From a virus: a stretch of DNA of 64,000 nt. A program made the translations under genes and the position numbers. Shown piece after piece: positions 9,969 through 17,356 of this stretch (the stretch's first letter is position 1; each line of letters begins with the position of its first letter). The notes below the pieces were generated by a model that made no database searches, was not told the origin of the DNA, and saw only the letters and a list, made by a program, of their open reading frames with translations. The DNA is taken from positions 1 through 64,000 of IMG/VR virus record IMGVR_UViG_3300046804_002503, one strand, 5' to 3'.

Positions 9969-10723
9969 ATGTTCAAGACGTTTTCTTTTTTGTTGGTTAA
10001 AGAAAAATAAACACTACATATTTTATCTTTTGTAAATCCGGTATAAACCGGTTCAGAATTTAGGTAAGATGAATATTCTTTTACTTTAGAATGATAGATT
10101 TCCGGAATAGAACTCCAAACATTTTGTTTGATCTCAAAATTGTTCATTTTATTAACTATATTAATTTTATACTTTTTTGAAGTGGCATAAATTTCTAATT
10201 CTTCTATCTCTTCTATTTTGATATCTGTATTTTTAAATTTAACAGACATAACTTTAGCTATATCTATTTCATTTTTTACATAAACATAAAATTTGTCATA
10301 ATATTTTTCTTCAGATTCTATTTCATAAGAAATACCCTTTTCTAAAAGGGTAGGATCTATTTTGAGTAAAGACAAAAATGACAAATTATTATTATATAAA
10401 ATTTCTTTAAAGTTTCTATCAAATTTAATGTGAAAATAATTTTTAGAAATTAATGAATTGTCTATTTTAAATCCTAACGCCAAGCTAGAACTTCTGTTGG
10501 GGTCCCAATATTTGCTATAATGTAAAAAAGAATGAGAAAATTTTTCTGGTAAAAATTTATTTAAAACTTCTAAACTAGGAACGTGAGGTAGTTCTATGTA
10601 TAATTTAAAATTTTCATAACCATTTGATAGATCTAAACCACACAATTTAGCCCCTTGATTAAAGTTATGTAATTTAATTTTATTACAAAAATCTTTTAAT
10701 TTTTGAGATTCTATTAACTGCAT
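9965..10723 (-). CDS. Hypothetical protein; candidate ABBA-fold (PT-barrel) prenyltransferase
   Basis: Five apparent alpha-alpha-beta-beta units with GxD...KLY, GFxxD...KNYF, SYE...KFY strand pairs; pattern inference only. Confidence 0.4.
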   Translation of the reverse strand: MQLIESQKLKDFCNKIKLHNFNQGAKLCGLDLSNGYENFKLYIELPHVPSLEVLNKFLPEKFSHSFLHYSKYWDPNRSSSLALGFKIDNSLISKNYFHIKFDRNFKEILYNNNLSFLSLLKIDPTLLEKGISYEIESEEKYYDKFYVYVKNEIDIAKVMSVKFKNTDIKIEEIEELEIYATSKKYKINIVNKMNNFEIKQNVWSSIPEIYHSKVKEYSSYLNSEPVYTGFTKDKICSVYFSLTNKKENVLNI

Positions 10724-12108
10724 AATTTTTCTCTGTATACTTCAAATGTTGGTGGCATAGGTTTATAAAACCCAACCTTTTCAAAAATTTCTTCACCGTT
10801 GTTGTTTACATCTACAAATGGAAATTGATGTTTTAGCATATATTGTCTTTGAGGATGTTTCCATTTTTTATAAATTTTTTTGTTTAACCATAAAGTTTCT
10901 TGCCACAATTTAGTATCTAAAAAGGGATAACGTATTTCTATACCATGAACTCCACAACAATACTCACAGGAATAAACATTATTATCATCAAAATCTACAA
11001 CATAATTTAAATTATTCAACGTTTTAATTTTTTGATTAATTTCTGGACAACCTATAATATCCCCAGCTAACCCAGATAAGCATATTCTATACCCCTCTTC
11101 TCTGGCTGTTTTTAAAATAAGTCCTGCACCTAAAAAACCATATGTGTTGCGACATATTTTTTTAATTGTAGAATTTATATTATGATCATAATATGTGTAC
11201 TCATACGGTTCACATTTTTTGTATATGTTGGAACATATTTTTATATGATCCATTAAATTGGGATCTATAAATTGTTTATTTTTAATGTTTGGTATTTTAA
11301 TTTCTATATTTTCAATGTCTGGAGGAGTCTTGGCTTTCATGTCATGTCTCCATAACAATACATTGCTAGGCGTATCCAATACATTAACAGAATACATTTT
11401 AAAATCTATATCATTAGCAACTAATGCACAACTAATACATCCGCTATCATATCCCTCACTTACACCCATCATTACCGGTTTGAGACTAATAGCTCTTTTT
11501 TTAACACTTTGTTCAAATGCTAAGTTCCAATCTTCAAAAGAATCTTTATATTCGTTGTCTATATCAAAAACTGATATGACTTTCTTTTCTAGAGATTTTG
11601 TTTTTATGTCAAAAATAAACCATTCGTTTCCATCTACTTGTTTAATATTTTTTATATCTAATTTTTCTAAGGCACTTTTATAACTAGCAAAATGATATCC
11701 ATTATCTAAACTGTAAAAGAGAGGTTTACACCCAAAAGTGTCTACACCAAATATAATTTTTTGTTTTTTTAAATCTATTAATACTATAGCAAATTCACCG
11801 TCTAATTTTTGTAAAAAATAATCTCCATAATTTTGATAAGAAGGTATTAAACAAAATCCATCAGAAATAGCATCTGGGTTAAGATCTGAATAATTGTAAA
11901 TTTCACCATTGTATATAGCCAAGATATCATCTTTTATAAAAGGTTGTAAAGTAAACTCTCCAGTAATGCTTAATAAATTGTGTAATAAAGTTATACCGTT
12001 ATATTCTTTAACATTAGTAGCATCTGGGCCTCGATACTTCTGATAATAGTTGGCTTCTAATAATTTTTCTCTAGAAACCTCTTTAGTGGTAACCAAAAAA
12101 CTACACAT
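10714..12108 (-). CDS. asnB: Asparagine synthetase B-like glutamine amidotransferase
   Basis: Ntn Cys2 (MCSF), RGPD, NGEIYN, DGEFA, GCKPLFY, SEGYDS (SGGxDS variant), LSGLAGD, EIRYPFLD. Confidence 0.85.
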   Translation of the reverse strand: MCSFLVTTKEVSREKLLEANYYQKYRGPDATNVKEYNGITLLHNLLSITGEFTLQPFIKDDILAIYNGEIYNYSDLNPDAISDGFCLIPSYQNYGDYFLQKLDGEFAIVLIDLKKQKIIFGVDTFGCKPLFYSLDNGYHFASYKSALEKLDIKNIKQVDGNEWFIFDIKTKSLEKKVISVFDIDNEYKDSFEDWNLAFEQSVKKRAISLKPVMMGVSEGYDSGCISCALVANDIDFKMYSVNVLDTPSNVLLWRHDMKAKTPPDIENIEIKIPNIKNKQFIDPNLMDHIKICSNIYKKCEPYEYTYYDHNINSTIKKICRNTYGFLGAGLILKTAREEGYRICLSGLAGDIIGCPEINQKIKTLNNLNYVVDFDDNNVYSCEYCCGVHGIEIRYPFLDTKLWQETLWLNKKIYKKWKHPQRQYMLKHQFPFVDVNNNGEEIFEKVGFYKPMPPTFEVYREKLCS

Positions 12109-12141
12109 GGAAACTAATTACTGGATGCCTATATATTAACA

Positions 12142-13302
12142 ATGCAAGATTATTTTAGCTTAGTTCCTTGGACTGGAATATACCTAAGAACAGACGGAAA
12201 CGCTTATCCCTGTGAGAGTGTTGCTTGGGAAGGGAATAATGATTATTGTGTCGGTAACATCAGAAATCATTCTTTTGAAGAGATGTGGAATCATGAAGTT
12301 TATCGTAAAATGCGCTTAGAAGTCTTAAAGACTAAAAAATGTTCTATAGACAATGAACTGACTAATTCTTGTACCTATTTGCAAAAAAGACATCTATATA
12401 ATCAAGATATAAATTATTATAAACAAAACACAAAAGAAGACGGAAGCTTTGATTTTAATCTTAAAAAAATAGATTTAGAGAGATCTAATATATGTAATTT
12501 AGCTTGTGTATATTGTAACCCTACAAGCAGCTCTAGTTGGGCAAAAAAGTTAAAAACAGAACCCTTGGGTCGAATACCTGATGAGATATATTGGAAACGT
12601 TTAGATCCGGTATTGCCTTATCTAGAAGAAATAGCATTTGCTGGTGGTGAACCTGTTTTAGATGTTTTTAATGAACAAATTTTAGACAAATTAATATCTA
12701 TGAATAGATTTATTAATGTTAACATGTCTACCAATGTAACATATGATTTAGAAAAACGTATTTCGATGTTTCAAAAATTAGAGAAGTTTCAAACCCGTAT
12801 ATTTTGTAGTGTAGATTCTTGGGGTAAAACTTTTGAAACTATTAGAGAAAATTCTCAATGGGATTTAGTTTTTAATAATTTAAAACAATTAAAACCAATG
12901 AATTTTAAATTATTATTTTGTATTACAATAAGTGTGTTGAATTGCTTTTCTTTAAAAGAATATCATGAATTTTTAATGAAAAATAGTTTAGCAGAAATAG
13001 ATTCTATACGATATCAGCCAGTGTGTCATCCGGCTTGGTTGAGTATACGTAATTTATCAGAACACAAAAAGAAACAATTAAAATATTATTTTTTAATGTA
13101 TATAAGTTTTCTTAAAAAATTAGAAGCAGAAAGGGGACAAGAACTGGATGTTTGGTGTAATTTTAAACCAGTGTCTGAAGCCTTGATGGAGCTGATAACA
13201 AAATATCTGCATAGTAAAAACGGTTCTGAAAACTTTTTAGAAGAATTGACAGATAAATTAAATCTTGACAATTCCTTTTTAGAAACCGTTAAACTAAGAT
13301 AA
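12142..13302 (+). CDS. Radical SAM protein with N-terminal SPASM/twitch-like domain
   Basis: CNLACVYC (CxxxCxxC), FAGGEP, STN; N-terminal PW...DGNAYPC...VGNI...EEMWN. Confidence 0.9.
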   Translation: MQDYFSLVPWTGIYLRTDGNAYPCESVAWEGNNDYCVGNIRNHSFEEMWNHEVYRKMRLEVLKTKKCSIDNELTNSCTYLQKRHLYNQDINYYKQNTKEDGSFDFNLKKIDLERSNICNLACVYCNPTSSSSWAKKLKTEPLGRIPDEIYWKRLDPVLPYLEEIAFAGGEPVLDVFNEQILDKLISMNRFINVNMSTNVTYDLEKRISMFQKLEKFQTRIFCSVDSWGKTFETIRENSQWDLVFNNLKQLKPMNFKLLFCITISVLNCFSLKEYHEFLMKNSLAEIDSIRYQPVCHPAWLSIRNLSEHKKKQLKYYFLMYISFLKKLEAERGQELDVWCNFKPVSEALMELITKYLHSKNGSENFLEELTDKLNLDNSFLETVKLR

Positions 13303-13923
13303 AGGTTTGTAGTCTACATTAATAGAATCCATTGTGGCTACATAAAATCTAGCTTCAGAACTTGAATTAGATATGTCTAATTCCGAATCTCCTTTATAGA
13401 TAAAATAATCTCCTCTTTGTTTGAGAACTTTTTGTTCTCCATTAACTTTAACTGTAAAGTTACCATCTATGTCATTAAGCAAAATGCTTATTAATACAGA
13501 GTCTTCAAATTTATAAGACTGAAGAGAAGCATCTTTTTTAAAAGTAAAAACCCAACTAGAAATAGTTGTGCTTGGAATAAGAAGTTTAATATTAGTAAAA
13601 AGAGGCAAATAATTATAGTAATAGTAATTCGGATCTACTAAATTTAAAAAATCTGGATTTTGGCTTATAGAATCAAAAACATCTACACAGATGTTAAACA
13701 ATTCTTCCGGGGCATCTGGTTCTGTTTTAATTTTCTGATTTTGATTAATTAAAGTGGTATAAATTTTAATTTGATTTTCTTCCTTTATAGTCTTTAGTTT
13801 AACATTTTCTGTCAAAGGTAATTTTTGTAAATATTCGTTGTAATCTACATTGACCCATTCTATAAAATTATTGAGGTCTAAATTAAAGGAAGGTATCTCT
13901 GACAATTCTATAAAATTTCTCAT
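13294..13923 (-). CDS. Cupin/hydroxylase-like protein lacking metal-binding His (paralog of 13948..14592)
   Basis: MRNFIELSEIP vs MKNFIDINEVP; shared ELFN, WVF.FK, LL.DI.G.F.V.VNGE.K.L...GDY.I; the ORF contains no His. Confidence 0.55.
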   Translation of the reverse strand: MRNFIELSEIPSFNLDLNNFIEWVNVDYNEYLQKLPLTENVKLKTIKEENQIKIYTTLINQNQKIKTEPDAPEELFNICVDVFDSISQNPDFLNLVDPNYYYYNYLPLFTNIKLLIPSTTISSWVFTFKKDASLQSYKFEDSVLISILLNDIDGNFTVKVNGEQKVLKQRGDYFIYKGDSELDISNSSSEARFYVATMDSINVDYKPLS

Positions 13924-13929
13924 ATACTG

Positions 13930-13937
13930 TATTTATT
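13930..13937 (-). promoter_or_regulatory. Late-promoter-like AATAAATA
   Basis: 6 nt upstream of the ATG at 13923. Confidence 0.4.
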
Positions 13938-13947
13938 AAAAGGTAAT

Positions 13948-14592
13948 TTATATCAAATCAAAATCTTGTATATTAGCTGCAAACGTTAAAAATTTAGCCT
14001 CTTTGCCTAAAAAGTTTGCTCCGTGGGGGTAAATTCCATTAAAAATACAATAATCACCCTTCTTGTTGAGTATTTTTTCTTCACCGTTTACGTGTACTAT
14101 AAATTTTCCTTCTATGTCTTCTAAAAGAAAATGAATCATTATTGTAGTGTGACCGTGGCCTTCTTTTTCATCTACTAAAGCTCCATTTTTATAGAAGAAA
14201 ACCCAGGCAGTCCTCAATTGTTCTGGAAAGAGGTTGATGGTTTTGTAAAACAATGATTTGTCTTGAGAAGGAAAAGGAGGACCAACTATTTCATCTATCT
14301 CTTTAGCTTTAATTCCATTTCCTCCTTCATAATTTTGTTCTGGGCCATCTACTGTAAAGTTAAAAAGTTCATTGTCACTACCAGAACACGGGCAATGAAC
14401 TTTTTGATCAAAATAGAACGGCACAGCATACATTTTAATAAAATCTGTTTGTTGTATTTTATTGTATTTTGTTTTTTGTTCTGGGGGTAATTTAAGAAAA
14501 AAATCAGACAAATCTTCTAAAGCTGCTTCTATAAGATTAGATTTAACATTTAACAACCACGGAACTTCATTTATATCTATAAAATTTTTCAT
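13948..14592 (-). CDS. Cupin/aspartyl-asparaginyl beta-hydroxylase-like protein
   Basis: AVPF, KNGALVD..GHGH...IHFLL...IFNGIYPHGA; double-stranded beta-helix pattern. Confidence 0.6.
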   Translation of the reverse strand: MKNFIDINEVPWLLNVKSNLIEAALEDLSDFFLKLPPEQKTKYNKIQQTDFIKMYAVPFYFDQKVHCPCSGSDNELFNFTVDGPEQNYEGGNGIKAKEIDEIVGPPFPSQDKSLFYKTINLFPEQLRTAWVFFYKNGALVDEKEGHGHTTIMIHFLLEDIEGKFIVHVNGEEKILNKKGDYCIFNGIYPHGANFLGKEAKFLTFAANIQDFDLI

Positions 14593-14593
14593 A

Positions 14594-15250
14594 TTAAAAT
14601 TCTGACCCTATCACCAATAAAATTCTGTTCTCATCTCCGCGCTCTATAGCTATATGGTTGTACGAGGAATCAAACACTAATAAAGGTTCTTCTTCATTAA
14701 GGTGTACTGTATGACCTTCGGCTTGAATTTCCATATATTTGTCTGCTTTATTTAAATTGAAAGAAGACAAATAAAATTGAGGGTGTACGTGGGGATCAAA
14801 CCAAGTACCTGGCTTAAATTCTATAAACATGGCTTGCCATAATTTAGGTACATGTTGAGTGACTAAATCGTAAGATTCTTTCAATAAATAAAGCAAATCA
14901 TCATCTGAAAAATAAAAAAAATCAAACATTTTTTGTAACCTTTTTTCGTGTCTAATATAAGACCTTTCTTCTGGTGTCATTTGGTATGTGGGGGCACATA
15001 TACCATTATAATATCCTACGTCTTCTTTCTTCTTCCTTAAAGGAGTATTTCTAGTAAAGAACGGTACGGAGAAAGCTTTAATTAATGGACAAGTTTCCAT
15101 GTTGTTTAAATGTTCAGAAACAACCGGATATTCTGAATGGACTACTTTTTTGTAATTTAAATATTCATTAAGAAAAATGTCTTTTTTTTCTAAAAGAAAA
15201 GAGGCCCATTGTAAATTTTCTGGTAAATTGTTTAAAGTATAAAGTATCAT
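14594..15250 (-). CDS. Aspartyl/asparaginyl beta-hydroxylase-like (cupin, Fe) oxygenase
   Basis: AMFIEFKPGTWFDPHVH, LVFDSSYNHIA, GDENRILLVI, matching the Asp_Arg_Hydrox-type layout. Confidence 0.75.
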   Translation of the reverse strand: MILYTLNNLPENLQWASFLLEKKDIFLNEYLNYKKVVHSEYPVVSEHLNNMETCPLIKAFSVPFFTRNTPLRKKKEDVGYYNGICAPTYQMTPEERSYIRHEKRLQKMFDFFYFSDDDLLYLLKESYDLVTQHVPKLWQAMFIEFKPGTWFDPHVHPQFYLSSFNLNKADKYMEIQAEGHTVHLNEEEPLLVFDSSYNHIAIERGDENRILLVIGSEF

Positions 15251-15271
15251 AATTGGCCTGAATAATAATGG

Positions 15272-15277
15272 TATTTA
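15272..15277 (-). promoter_or_regulatory. Late-promoter-like TAAATA
   Basis: In the short intergenic gap upstream of the ATG at 15250. Confidence 0.3.
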
Positions 15278-15288
15278 GGGACCAGAGT

Positions 15289-16491
15289 CTATAGAATCAA
15301 CTCCTTAAAATGTTTGATAAATTTTATGTTTTTAAAATTTAATAAATTTTCTTTTAAAAACAAATTATATTGATTTTTGTTTTCTTCTTCTGAAAATCCC
15401 CAATGACCCCATTTACCATTATAAAGAGTTTCTATTATTTTATCTATTACAGTCAACGGAGATTCTCTGTTTGGAAATGGGTCTAAATCTGTTCCTAACC
15501 AATTTTTATATTCTAACAATTTTTCCTTTATAGAATCTTTAATTTTAAGAGGCAAAATGCTATATCGATATTTAAAGGGGCCGTGGAGGTTGTAATATCT
15601 TATGTTGTCTTTTTTAATTAAATTTTCTTGGTACAATTCTTTATGAAATTCTGGATAATAGTATAAATTAAATATACTCATTACAGACTGTAAAATAAAT
15701 GGTATTTGTTTATCATTTATTTGTTTAATAGTGTTTTTTATGGTTTGAGAATTTGAATTAGTTCTAATAAATTCTCCTCTAGGTCCGCTCAAATCCCAAC
15801 TACCAAAAACTATGACATCTTTAAAATGCTTTAATAAATCATATATATTTTGGCCCATATAATCTGTCTTCATTAAATTGGTAATAAACCTTATTCTAAC
15901 ATTAGTTTTGTTATCTTTTAACAATTTGTTTAAAAAATAATATGTAGATTTTTGTATTACAGGTTCACCAGAAGCAAACCATATTTCTTGAACCGTATCA
16001 TAATTTTTATCATATAAAGATATTAAATCTTCGTAAGGTAATCCTCTTTTAACTTCTTTAGTTTCATCCCATAAATTGCTATATTGAAAAGAACAATATT
16101 TGCATTTTAAATTACAAATGTTACTTTCTATTAAATTCCAAGCTATAAAATTATATTCAGCAGTTCCATCTTCTAGAGTGTTTAAAATAGATTTTTCAGC
16201 TTTATCTATTAAATCTAAGCCAAAATATTTTTTACAAGAATTAAGACATCCGTTACATTCCTTGAAACAAGAATCTATATATTCGTTCTTGAGCATTTTT
16301 ACTCGTAATTCTCTTAAAACTTTGCTGTTCCACAGAGTTTCAGGAGATTCTTTCGTAGAACCCAGACACATGTCTTTATTACCAGCTAAAGACGGACAGG
16401 GATAGACAAATCCGTCTGTGAAATAATACAAATGAACCCAGGGTACTATACAAAAATTGGGTTTATTTGTTATATCTTTAATAGTTTTCAC
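15289..16491 (-). CDS. Radical SAM protein with N-terminal SPASM/twitch-like domain
   Basis: NFCIVPW...DGFVYPC...LWNS...CFKECNGC; CNLKCKYC; FASGEP; ITN. Confidence 0.9.
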   Translation of the reverse strand: MKTIKDITNKPNFCIVPWVHLYYFTDGFVYPCPSLAGNKDMCLGSTKESPETLWNSKVLRELRVKMLKNEYIDSCFKECNGCLNSCKKYFGLDLIDKAEKSILNTLEDGTAEYNFIAWNLIESNICNLKCKYCSFQYSNLWDETKEVKRGLPYEDLISLYDKNYDTVQEIWFASGEPVIQKSTYYFLNKLLKDNKTNVRIRFITNLMKTDYMGQNIYDLLKHFKDVIVFGSWDLSGPRGEFIRTNSNSQTIKNTIKQINDKQIPFILQSVMSIFNLYYYPEFHKELYQENLIKKDNIRYYNLHGPFKYRYSILPLKIKDSIKEKLLEYKNWLGTDLDPFPNRESPLTVIDKIIETLYNGKWGHWGFSEEENKNQYNLFLKENLLNFKNIKFIKHFKELIL

Positions 16492-17311
16492 TCTGGATAA
16501 AAGAAATGAAAGGATTTGGGGCTAAAATAGGTGGCCAGCAGTAAAGAATTAAATCTTTAGCTATTTCTTGATCTTTAAATATAGAATAATCTTCTGCTAC
16601 CGTGTCTAAAAATTCTTTAATAGAAGAAACTTCGTCAGAAACCGATTCTGCATCTTGATTAAATTCTGCAAATTCTTTGTCTAAAGCAGATTTTTCCTTT
16701 TCTACGTGTTTACGTATTAGTTTCATCATTTGCTCTTTACAATAATCTAGGTCTTTAATCTTATTAACATCAAATATACCCAAAATAAGCATTATCTTTT
16801 TGGTTTCTAGATTTATATCTTTATTGGCAAATAGCTTTAAAGTTTCTAAAGTAAAATGTTCTTCTTCGTAGTCTTTAATAAAAACATTTTTCCGTATCAA
16901 TTTTAACATAAAATATACGGATTCTAAATTTTTTAATTGAGTATGATCTTGAAAAGATTCTTCTACAATTTTTAGCTGGTTAGGAGATAAAATTTCTTTA
17001 ACTGCTTTGAAATAGTTTTTATTCATCTGAGCCAAATTGGCTGGAACTATGTCATACGTTTTAGAAGAAATTCTATTCTCGTCTGTGTCATATTCGTAAT
17101 AGGTAATATGACCATAATAAATTTTTTCGACCTTTTCAGTGATGAAATTATAAGCCTCAAAAAATATTGGATTCCTGAGTAAAGGTCTATTTGTATAATT
17201 AGAATTACATGTAAAAAATTTATTCCAAGTTTGATTATTATTGGAATAAACTATATTTACTATAGTTTTATCTAGAGCATCATCTATAATAGATTTGATA
17301 TGACTAATCAT
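16478..17311 (-). CDS. Hypothetical protein, possible fibre-assembly/accessory factor
   Basis: Directly downstream of the giant fibre gene; helical C-terminus ending CWPPILAPNP, and terminal WP motifs occur in tail-fibre assembly proteins. Confidence 0.35.
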   Translation of the reverse strand: MISHIKSIIDDALDKTIVNIVYSNNNQTWNKFFTCNSNYTNRPLLRNPIFFEAYNFITEKVEKIYYGHITYYEYDTDENRISSKTYDIVPANLAQMNKNYFKAVKEILSPNQLKIVEESFQDHTQLKNLESVYFMLKLIRKNVFIKDYEEEHFTLETLKLFANKDINLETKKIMLILGIFDVNKIKDLDYCKEQMMKLIRKHVEKEKSALDKEFAEFNQDAESVSDEVSSIKEFLDTVAEDYSIFKDQEIAKDLILYCWPPILAPNPFISFIQSENY

Positions 17312-17356
17312 ATTAGAACATATCTAATTACATTCCAATTCTAAAATAGAACCGTG

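Noticed and set aside
6837-17311. Classical RiPP (lasso or ranthipeptide) cluster
   Set aside because: No small precursor ORF, RRE/PqqD domain, peptidase or exporter is visible, and the AsnB-like protein keeps its Ntn Cys.
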